This document shows positions 18,201 through 24,488 of a stretch of 24,488 nt of DNA, in pieces. Source of the stretch: Vulcanimicrobiota bacterium (GTDB lineage: Bacteria > Vulcanimicrobiota > Vulcanimicrobiia > Vulcanimicrobiales > Vulcanimicrobiaceae). A model generated the notes under the pieces. The model made no database searches, was not told the DNA's origin, and was given only the letters and a program-made list of their open reading frames with translations. The stretch is from NCBI GenBank assembly GCA_963820825.1, contig CAWGBN010000004.1, positions 1 through 24,488 on the forward strand, in the 5' to 3' direction. A program made the translations under genes and the position numbers. Positions within the stretch are counted from its first letter, which is position 1; each line of letters starts with the position of its first letter.

Positions 18201-19094
18201 GGCTACCTGCTGCTGGCGAGAATCGAGCTCAACTCCGGCGACTGGAGCGATGCTTCGACGAATTCGCGCAAAGCCTGGTCGCTTCTTTCAACGAATGAAG
18301 ACAAGAAGGTCGCGCAAGTAGTGGCCGACGACGTTGATGCCATTGCCAAGAAGGATTTGGGCCCGCGATTCGCCGCCGATTCAAGCGCGATTCTCGCCAA
18401 TCCCCACGACGCCCGCGCGTACTCCGATCGCGGTCGCGTGTACGAAACGATCGACGATCGGCAGTGGGCGCTTTTCGACTACGGCTCGGCGATTGCCGCA
18501 AACTCGTCCGACGCTTACGCCTTCGCCGGTAAATGCCGAATAGAAGGGGAGAACGGAATGATTGACGCGGCGATGACCGATTGCGACAAGGCGGCCGAGC
18601 TCGACCCAAGCCTCGCTTCGGCATTGCGACAGCGCGCGATAATCAACGTCACGCGCGTCGGGGACAGCAATTTGAAGCAGCTCGCAGCCGCAAGCCGCGA
18701 CGCCAACCGTGCCGTCACGCTGGAGCCGCAGGTGGCGAGCAGCTTCTCCACGCGTTGCTTCGTCTACTACTCGGCGAGCCGCTATGAGGAAGCTATCTCC
18801 GATTGCAGCGCGGCACTCGCGCGCGATCCGCAGCTCTCGTTCCCGCACTTTTGGCGAGCCAACGCACGTTTGAACACCGGCGACTACGTTGGCGGCTTGA
18901 CGGACGTGCAAACGTACTTGAAAGCGAACCCGTCCAGCGCGGACGCGTATCTGCTGCAGGCAAGGCTCGAGCTTCGGCTCGGGAGCCGGGCACAAGCGCG
19001 GGCGTCTGCCGAGACGGCATTGCGCTACTACAAAGCGGCGAACGATCAAGTAGGGCAGGCGACAGCTCAAAAGTTGCTCGACGACATCGGATGA
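15201..19094 (+). CDS. nSTAND1-type STAND NTPase + single TM helix + coiled coil + TPR repeats (1297 aa)
   Basis: PFPGLRPF..DREFFFGRE, Walker A GSSGSGKSS(LVRAGLLP), Walker B LLVVDQFEELF, ITMRSDF, LPVLQHCL..LW, GGI..AL..HA, DVAHEALLRNW. Hydrophobic LIAAVAMAVLALVALGSTAWALL, followed by many TPR-like units (AY..RG/A..D...A...DP). Confidence 0.88.
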   Translation: MELSREHPFPGLRPFDFRDREFFFGREKHTYALYRLLDRSRFVAVVGSSGSGKSSLVRAGLLPLLAEELDEAGLPIWRSATFHPGDHPMRALRDALVALAAGADLETDVLVKDVETALGTSSFGLSKAVAEIPGLSNRKVLLVVDQFEELFRYEGSRDEAIDFVQRLLEATRSYSSTIHVLITMRSDFIGDCAQFQRLPEAVSRSQFLVPALDREQREEVILKPIALGEAEIEPLLVERLLNDGGAEMDQLPVLQHCLLRLWECAVLLDGTRRLAEKEYDAIGGIAHALSQHADEIVRELGKPLEPAVEAVFRALSETDADGRATRRALSFSKLLAETGIPEAELRRVVERFSADDCSFLVLSTAALTAETQVDVAHEALLRNWMKISAPLTVEDGRRESGWLAAEAADGWEYRALLSLVKSGSAGATVTLPLEQVERRYEWWSSRKRTATWAQRYGGGYELVEKLFDDSRAELAKQQERQRQEAQAAREREAVAEKARSDEVVRRVQEEFARVRARRTLIAAVAMAVLALVALGSTAWALLKDHQLTVANDAAATLNERLSRANTQLQQLNGQKDANIKVKTAQARVLAAQRDKLTAQKNQLAQAGAKIMLEKATLATVNSKLTSAVAQLAATNKRSIILWEEQLTHSQASGKRMLTADVQEHPNDISARVALGVYNEVTGDLAGAQQQFQSAHSPNDAFVDASLCDVIAARAVAPSNKYSASEKKSLLQKALEDCNTALRLSPNMTYALRSRADVQYDLSLLPGGDRYRAGAVGSVQRALAIDPTEEVSLRYMCELEFTAKDYDAAIAYCTRAAKAYHRSSPAQPVAYIGLGRAEIDKDEYAAAIAALTAAIEIDNKYYDAYYFRAQAKAISGIDLLGAERDLAYVLKNDAQAYRTGQGFYNAHYWLGVAEAKNGDPGAVADLTAALRSKPNDYWSTFWLGKALIQQQSWQAAIAAMSHTHEWNTYYYLAYAKLRAGDYRGARPDAQRYISQNPSRGDGYLLLARIELNSGDWSDASTNSRKAWSLLSTNEDKKVAQVVADDVDAIAKKDLGPRFAADSSAILANPHDARAYSDRGRVYETIDDRQWALFDYGSAIAANSSDAYAFAGKCRIEGENGMIDAAMTDCDKAAELDPSLASALRQRAIINVTRVGDSNLKQLAAASRDANRAVTLEPQVASSFSTRCFVYYSASRYEEAISDCSAALARDPQLSFPHFWRANARLNTGDYVGGLTDVQTYLKANPSSADAYLLQARLELRLGSRAQARASAETALRYYKAANDQVGQATAQKLLDDIG

Positions 19095-19162
19095 AGTCGA
19101 ACCTACCAGTCGCCTTGCGACGACCTCAGCGATTTTGGAGCGCGTGTTGGCCGCGCCGCGCC

Positions 19163-20143
19163 CTATCGATTCGTAACGCTTGCGCCCGTCACCCGATGGG
19201 TTTTCCCTTCTTGACCGCGATGGTCTCCGCCGTATGTCGCTGCGAAGCCTTGTCGCCAACTCGGGTATTTGAGCGTCCAGCCGAGTTCTCGTTTTGCCTT
19301 TGCGTTCGAAACGCCGCGCGCCTCGGTCGACATAACGACGAGAGCTTCACCTGCCAGGAGACGCGCCAGTAGGCGAGGGAAGCGAAGGGGCGGCGGTGCT
19401 CCGAGGATCTTTGCTAGCTCCGGCAACCATACGCGCGTGGGGGCCGGTTCGTCGTCAGCGATATTGTAGATCGCGGGGCCTTTGCGCTCGAGCGCGAGCA
19501 CGGTTGCGGCGGCGGCGTCGTCAACATGAATCCACGACGAGACACCTCCGCCATCGCCGACAATCGGCCACTTACGAGCGCGAACCGCAGCACCAATCTT
19601 GTCAAGGGGATCGCCATAAAAGCTGCCGTACCGAAGTGCGATTCCACCCGCATCCGTGACCGCCTTATCCAGGTGCTCCAGAGCGGCCACAGTCTCGCGC
19701 ATCGCAGCAGGCGGACTCGGATCGAGGGGGTCGTCCTCGCTTTTGACCGGCCCACCCTTGCGTTCGTAGCGAATAGGGGCGTAACTCTGAGCGACTATCC
19801 GGCGCACTCCCGCGTTGCGCGCCGCGGCAACAAGGATGTCGATCCCCTCGGTTCTCAATCTGTTGGTTTGGGCAAAGCTGCGATCGAAGTTCCTAAAGTC
19901 TAGTAATTCTGCAAGCGACGTCGCTTCGTAGACGACTGCATCGGGCTGGTTGGCGGCAATTGCCGTGCGTACGGCGTCGCGATCCAGTGCGTCGAGCACG
20001 ATCGGCTGCGCACCGAGCGCTCGCAGCGTCTTGGCTCTTGCCGACGAACGGGCGCTACCAATCACGTCGTGCCCTCGTTCACGAAGTTGCGGGACGAGGC
20101 TACCGCCAATGGCGCCGCTAGCTCCTACGGCCAAGACTCGCAT
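19163..20143 (-). CDS. NAD(P)-dependent oxidoreductase, epimerase/dehydratase (atypical SDR) family
   Basis: MRVLAVGASGAIG Rossmann motif, TNRLRTEG, VAQS, LRYGSFYG, SWIHVDDAA, YNIADDEP, SNAKAKRELGW...YPSWRQG. SD GGAGG upstream of ATG 20143. Confidence 0.9.
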   Translation of the reverse strand: MRVLAVGASGAIGGSLVPQLRERGHDVIGSARSSARAKTLRALGAQPIVLDALDRDAVRTAIAANQPDAVVYEATSLAELLDFRNFDRSFAQTNRLRTEGIDILVAAARNAGVRRIVAQSYAPIRYERKGGPVKSEDDPLDPSPPAAMRETVAALEHLDKAVTDAGGIALRYGSFYGDPLDKIGAAVRARKWPIVGDGGGVSSWIHVDDAAAATVLALERKGPAIYNIADDEPAPTRVWLPELAKILGAPPPLRFPRLLARLLAGEALVVMSTEARGVSNAKAKRELGWTLKYPSWRQGFAATYGGDHRGQEGKTHRVTGASVTNR

Positions 20144-20165
20144 AACTAATCTTCCTCCTGGCCCC

Positions 20166-20255
20166 TTACGCCCAAGTCGCCTGGACCGCAAAAGAGCCAA
20201 ACTCCGCTACCGCATCAGCAACGTTGCGCTCGCACGGATTAGCTTTTGAGACCAT
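20166..20255 (-). CDS. Possible 29-aa small ORF (MVSKANPCERNVADAVAEFGSFAVQATWA)
   Basis: Strong SD GGAAGGAGA 5 nt before the ATG. It ends 22 nt before the oxidoreductase start. Confidence 0.3.
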   Translation of the reverse strand: MVSKANPCERNVADAVAEFGSFAVQATWA

Positions 20256-20456
20256 CGTTCTCTCCTTCCCGCGCGTTTTGGGCGGTAAACGAAAGCGAGT
20301 TAACGCACGAGGAAGTGCTCGCAAACTCAGCGCCTGCGCACAGCCTCGGCGCAATTTCGTCGGGCTCTATTGGCGCGTCACACCGAAACGCAATGCGAAC
20401 GTCCGCCTCCAGGCACCTGAGCGTGATACGTTCGGTTACCGAGGCGCGAGGTGACC

Positions 20457-20480
20457 GTTTACCAACGGCGCCCAAGGGTA
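20457..20480 (+). promoter_or_regulatory. SigB/SigF-type promoter GTTT-N15-GGGTA
   Basis: GTTT at 20457-20460, a 15-nt spacer, and GGGTA at 20476-20480, 13 nt before ATG 20494, which lacks an SD. Confidence 0.55.
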
Positions 20481-20493
20481 GACCCTAGCTGTC

Positions 20494-21732
20494 ATGAGAA
20501 TTGCCATCAATGGAGCCGGTATTGCAGGCCCGACGCTTGCCCATTGGCTCTATCGTAACGGCCACAAACCCACGCTGATTGAGAAAGCTCGCCGCTTTCG
20601 GACCGGTGGCTATGTGGTCGATTTTTGGGGCGTCGGCTATTCGATCGCCGAGCGAATGGGCATTCTGCCGGAGGTGCTGAACGCCGGCTATTCGTTCAAA
20701 GAATTGCGTCTTCTCGACGAAACCGGTCGCAAAGTAGGTGGGTTCTCTACCGACGTTTTTCGACGAATGACCAACGGGAAATTTACCAGTTTGCCGCGCG
20801 GAGACCTGGGGGCGACGATTTATCGAACTATTGAGAACCGCGTCGAATGCCTCTTCGAAAATAGCATTTCAAAACTCGAAGAAAGCGAGAGTAAAGTGCG
20901 AGCGACGCTGGAGCGCGGTGGGTCGCGCGATTTCGATCTCGTGATCGGAGCCGACGGGTTGCATTCGAGGGTGCGGCGCCTCCTGTTCGGACCGGAAGAC
21001 AGGTTCGAAAAGCAACTCGGCTACCGCGTGGCATCCTTCCAGGTAGATGGGTACAAACCGCGTGACGAACTAGTCTACGTCGCCCGTTCGGCGCCGGGTC
21101 GACAGTTTGCGAGAATTGCCCTGCGCGGAGACCGTACGGTATTTCTCTTTGTTTTTCGCACCGAGCTCATGACTGAACCCGAGCCTTCCAACCTGCGCGA
21201 GATCCGCGCCGTGCTGCGCGGCATATATAAGGATCTAGGTTGGGAAAGTCCGCAAATACTTAAGGCGATGGACGAGGTCGAGGAAATTTATTTCGATCGC
21301 GTCAGCCAAATCAGAATGGACGCCTGGTCCAGGGGACGCGTGATGCTAATTGGAGACGCGGCGTCGGCGGTGTCGCTTTTGGCCGGGGAGGGAACTGGCA
21401 TTGCCATGGCTGAGGCTTACGTATTGGCAGGCGAGTTAGAGCGCGCAAAAAGCGACTACCGCGCGGCGTTTAGGAATCATGAGGAGCGATTGCGACCCTT
21501 TGTGGAGCGCAAGCAGAAGGCGGCCGAGGGCTTCGCTTCGTCGTTCGTGCCCAGGACACCATTTGGAATATGGACGCGCAATCAAGTAACAAAACTCATG
21601 CGTCTGCCAAAGGTTTCGGACTTCTTTCTTGGCCGAACCGTCAGCGACGATTTTGAAATGCCGACCTACGAGATGGGACCTTTGCCCGAGGAGCGTGTTT
21701 CTGTAAGTCTCGCGTCATCGCCCGGCGGCTAG
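20494..21732 (+). CDS. FAD-dependent monooxygenase (group A flavoprotein, FAD_binding_3)
   Basis: GAGIAG, R.GGY.VDFWG, DLVIGADGLHSRVR (DG motif), WSRGRVMLIGDAA...SLLAGEGTGIA (GD motif). Confidence 0.9.
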   Translation: MRIAINGAGIAGPTLAHWLYRNGHKPTLIEKARRFRTGGYVVDFWGVGYSIAERMGILPEVLNAGYSFKELRLLDETGRKVGGFSTDVFRRMTNGKFTSLPRGDLGATIYRTIENRVECLFENSISKLEESESKVRATLERGGSRDFDLVIGADGLHSRVRRLLFGPEDRFEKQLGYRVASFQVDGYKPRDELVYVARSAPGRQFARIALRGDRTVFLFVFRTELMTEPEPSNLREIRAVLRGIYKDLGWESPQILKAMDEVEEIYFDRVSQIRMDAWSRGRVMLIGDAASAVSLLAGEGTGIAMAEAYVLAGELERAKSDYRAAFRNHEERLRPFVERKQKAAEGFASSFVPRTPFGIWTRNQVTKLMRLPKVSDFFLGRTVSDDFEMPTYEMGPLPEERVSVSLASSPGG

Positions 21733-21734
21733 TT

Positions 21735-21774
21735 TCATTTCGACAAGGCCGCCAGCCGGCAGGCTCAGGATGAC
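21735..21774. repeat. Degenerate REP/MITE-like element (TTCGACAAG...GCTCAGGATGAC)
   Basis: Resembles the widespread intergenic repeat TTCGACAAGCTCAGGATGAC, here interrupted by ~15 nt, just after a stop codon. Only one copy in the window. Confidence 0.3.
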
Positions 21775-21860
21775 TCGGGCCATCGCTGGGGGAACTCGTC
21801 GTAGCGAGGGTCAAGAGTCAAGCATGGAACCAGCCATAGACGACGTTAGGGAGTTGCACC

Positions 21861-22034
21861 GTGATTCGACTCGGTGATCACGTAATCGTGAAAGGCGAGG
21901 ACGAGGAAGCGATCGTTACGGCCGTGCATCCCGACTCACAGGTCGAAATCGAGTTCCTTCATGCGCCGCAGGGAGGACCGCGGCGCAGACGCTACGCCGC
22001 CGAAGCGCTCGAGAAGGTCTCGCAGACCTCTTAA
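21861..22034 (+). CDS. Small 57-aa protein, SH3/KOW-like beta barrel (absent from the ORF track)
   Basis: SD AGGGAG at 21848-21853. MIRLGDHVIVKGEDEEAIVTAVHPDSQVEIEFLHAPQGGPRRRRYAAEALEKVSQTS. Confidence 0.7.
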   Translation: MIRLGDHVIVKGEDEEAIVTAVHPDSQVEIEFLHAPQGGPRRRRYAAEALEKVSQTS

Positions 22035-22042
22035 TCCGCCTA

Positions 22043-22489
22043 CTACATACTTTGCTTGACTGGAATGTTCGTCAGTGGCCCTTCACCGCCGACCTGCTCG
22101 ATGGTAATGCCCTTTGCGACCGACCAATGATGGACGCCTGCTGGAACTGCAATAAAAGACCCAGCCGGTAGCACACGCGCGTTAGACTTGTTGATGGTAT
22201 CACCCGTCCCGAACAAAAGCGTTCCTTGGATCACGGTGATATATTCGGCCTGCGAATGGTAATGGGGCTTGTTTGTGTAGCCGTCGGGCATTTTGACGCG
22301 GATGATTGCCGTGCCGGATGAGTTCGGGTTGCCGACCATCACCGCATTCCAAGAGCCCTTTCCAGGACCGGTGGCGGCCACCCAGTGGAGACCATCGGAC
22401 GTAAAGAAGAGCGGAGCTGACTGCATCGCGGCGATCGTAGCGCCGGCAGTCACGAGCAGCCCCAAAACGAGCCACGAGAAGACTTTCAT
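22043..22489 (-). CDS. Secreted cupin-domain protein (DUF4437-like)
   Basis: Signal peptide, cupin motif 1 PHYHSQAEYITVIQG, motif 2 GSFIAVPAGVHH. SD GGAAGGA. Confidence 0.85.
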   Translation of the reverse strand: MKVFSWLVLGLLVTAGATIAAMQSAPLFFTSDGLHWVAATGPGKGSWNAVMVGNPNSSGTAIIRVKMPDGYTNKPHYHSQAEYITVIQGTLLFGTGDTINKSNARVLPAGSFIAVPAGVHHWSVAKGITIEQVGGEGPLTNIPVKQSM

Positions 22490-22955
22490 AGACGATCCTT
22501 CCATCGAGTGTCTCTAGAGGTACAACGACGTTGCTTGCCCTTTCGCTGCTACGACGACCGGGGCCCCTTTGCGAAAAGGATGCTCGGTTAGAACGCCGTC
22601 CATCCGGCGCAGCAACAGACCGTTACGGTGACGGGCGCGACTCCGCCGTTGCAAATCGCGCTCGACGGGAAGCTGCCGACGGCAAACGCGGATCCAAGCG
22701 AAAGGCGCGGTTCGCCGTAAACCTGCGTAAAATACAGGCGGCAGAGCGTAAGCGGAGGGAGCGTTTGATCTGGCGGGAGCGTGTAGGAGGTTCTCCTACC
22801 GTCCCCGCCACTACCCCAGCAACGGCTACGCGATATCGCCCAGGTTCTTATGGCCACAGGCTCATCCACGTCGAAACCTTGGATGTTCTGGGTGGAGATG
22901 CTGCCGTTACCGACGTAGATTCGCTAAAATCAGAAATCGCCGGTCCGCAACGCCA

Positions 22956-24011
22956 CTACCGTGCCGCTCCGCCGACGCCGCTGGTGATCGCGTGGGCGTA
23001 TTTCCGCACCAGGTTGGTGCCCGCGATCTGATCGAAAATCCACAGCCAGCCGCCGGCGATGCCGCATTGCGTATGCCAGTTCTTCATCGCCGTCTTTGCC
23101 TCCGCCGGCGTCAGATCGGGCGGTGCCGAGGGTTGGTCCGATACGCCGGGATAAACCGGCACGCTGCCAAAATTCCAGCCGATCTTCGACCTCGACCCCG
23201 AGCAGGGACTGTTGCCTTCCCCCCCAGCAAAGGTCTGCAAATGAATGCCATCCACCGTGCCGGCGCGTTTTTTGTTGATTTGCGACACCACCGACGTCCA
23301 GTAGTCGGAATTGGTATAGGGGTTCATGGTGACCTTGTAGCCAAGCTTACCCAGCATCACCGCGAATTTGATCGTTGAAGACGAATCATAGCTGTTCTCG
23401 TCATCGAAATCGATCGCGTCGAGCGGTAGCGCCGCCTTCAGCGCGGCGAAATCCTTGTGGAGAATGCTGTCTGGTCCGGTTCCCTGCGAATCGACCAGCG
23501 CTTTGATATTCTCCCAGTCGCCGTAGTTGGACGACCCGATGCTAAGGGTGACGCGCTTGACCGTGCCCCGCTTGATCTTCTTTAGATCGGCGGGGAAATC
23601 GGGGTATGTTTCATTCCCGATATAGTCGCCCTCCGATGTCAGCGGGAATTCGCCATTCAGGTTCAAATCGCCCGTGCTGCCGACCTCGACGCTCCAGACG
23701 ATCAGTTCATTGAACCCTGACTTTTTGAGTTCCTCGATATTTTTCGGGATGTGCTTGTAAACCGGCCCTCCCCCCAGAATGCCGACATAGCCTGTCTGTG
23801 CAGTGGCCGTCACCACGCTGGCCTGCGCGGCGCCGCTCGTAGCCGCAGTTACCAGGCCCTCGGGCAGTTGGCCGAGGGGCGACTGCGCAGTGCTCTGCTG
23901 AAACGAGCCCGACGGCGCTAGTTGTGACTGGGCCCCACCGCCGCACCCTGCGAGCATTGCCACGGCCACGCAAATGCCAAGCGCGTAGCGCCCAAAGTCT
24001 GAAGTTCTCAT
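22956..24011 (-). CDS. Lipoprotein with GH18-like TIM barrel (chitinase/endo-beta-N-acetylglucosaminidase H-like)
   Basis: Lipobox LAGC after a hydrophobic leader. TLSIGS strand and intact DxxDxDxE motif (DAIDFDDE), IHLQTF, GGWLW. SD GGAGGA. Confidence 0.75.
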   Translation of the reverse strand: MRTSDFGRYALGICVAVAMLAGCGGGAQSQLAPSGSFQQSTAQSPLGQLPEGLVTAATSGAAQASVVTATAQTGYVGILGGGPVYKHIPKNIEELKKSGFNELIVWSVEVGSTGDLNLNGEFPLTSEGDYIGNETYPDFPADLKKIKRGTVKRVTLSIGSSNYGDWENIKALVDSQGTGPDSILHKDFAALKAALPLDAIDFDDENSYDSSSTIKFAVMLGKLGYKVTMNPYTNSDYWTSVVSQINKKRAGTVDGIHLQTFAGGEGNSPCSGSRSKIGWNFGSVPVYPGVSDQPSAPPDLTPAEAKTAMKNWHTQCGIAGGWLWIFDQIAGTNLVRKYAHAITSGVGGAAR

Positions 24012-24196
24012 GTGCTGTCCTCCTTAAGCATGAACGCGTCGACGGTCAGCCGTGCACCCCGTCGCACTCAGTTTTGTCTTCGATAAGGCGCCTCGTGGAG
24101 CCCTACGCGCCTGGGTTCGATGTGTGGTCCCTCGTGCAGCTCCTTGAAGACATGCGTCGAGCGGCTGAAACGTTCGGCCGGTGGGAGATAGATGGC

Positions 24197-24391
24197 CTAT
24201 TCGATGCGAGCGACGCCCCGGCATATGAGGGCGAACTCCGGGACTTTCTCGTGGAATCGATGTGGAAGAACGTCGGTGACGTAGGCAGTAGCGCTGACAG
24301 GCTCCGCGCTCTTCAAAAAAAAGAGGACATCAAGGGCCTGCGCGACGCGACCGAGGACGTCAAGCGGTACGCCGATCTCGTCATCGCGCAC
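24197..24391 (-). pseudogene. Possible fragment resembling the C-terminal helices of an XRE-type HTH protein
   Basis: Only the segment GVPLDVLGRVAQALDV resembles XRE helices 4-5. No N-terminal HTH helices are evident. Confidence 0.2.
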
Positions 24392-24457
24392 AACACGAGG
24401 GAAAAGTCAGCGCCCGTGGCCGTCTCCGCGATCTCCTCCCCAACCGACGAGATTGTT

Positions 24458-24478
24458 CGTATAGCAAAACGCTATACG
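24458..24478. promoter_or_regulatory. 8-5-8 perfect inverted repeat, putative operator
   Basis: CGTATAGC-AAAAC-GCTATACG. Confidence 0.45.
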
Positions 24479-24488
24479 GCAACTCTCA

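Noticed and set aside
13629..19094. Naming the module Thoeris, Avs or CBASS
   Set aside because: No ThsA (SIR2/Macro), cyclase or fused effector. The NTPase motifs are nSTAND1-type and the protein has a TM helix.
16840..19094. DNA-level tandem repeat or CRISPR-like array
   Set aside because: The periodicity is protein-level (coiled coil, TPR). No identical spaced nucleotide repeats were seen anywhere in the window.
20494..21732. Calling the monooxygenase a tetracycline destructase (tetX)
   Set aside because: Only generic group A flavoprotein motifs are visible, so the substrate cannot be assigned.
22531..22955. ORFs 22531-23031 (+) and 22588-22869 (-)
   Set aside because: No convincing RBS or motif. 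The minus frame may be a gene remnant, but I cannot support a product call.

Overview
GC-rich bacterial window with no rRNA, tRNA, CRISPR array or intact transposase. The left half (212-11772) is a sugar/organic-acid oxidation cluster that looks like a general-stress locus. It encodes a rhodopsin-less ASRT-family protein, a TPP pyruvate-oxidase-like enzyme, a mandelate racemase/MLE enolase, an FAD/Fe-S oxidase, two SDRs, an antisense TIM-barrel isomerase and a six-hairpin glycosidase. Bases ~730-5100 carry about 15 small indels that look like sequencing or assembly errors. The most interesting element is a tightly coupled two-gene module at 13629-19094. A protein with three tandem TIR/TIR-like domains (one frameshift) is followed, with a 1-nt stop/start overlap, by an nSTAND1-type STAND NTPase. 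The NTPase has no N-terminal effector, one transmembrane helix, a coiled-coil stalk and a large predicted extracytoplasmic TPR array with paired cysteines. This is a candidate trans-membrane 'NLR/Toll-like receptor + TIR effector' immune or signalling system. The right end holds an NAD(P) epimerase-type oxidoreductase, a flavin monooxygenase, an unannotated 57-aa SH3/KOW-like ORF, a secreted cupin and a GH18 (EndoH-like) lipoprotein. All family calls come from motif recognition, not database searches.
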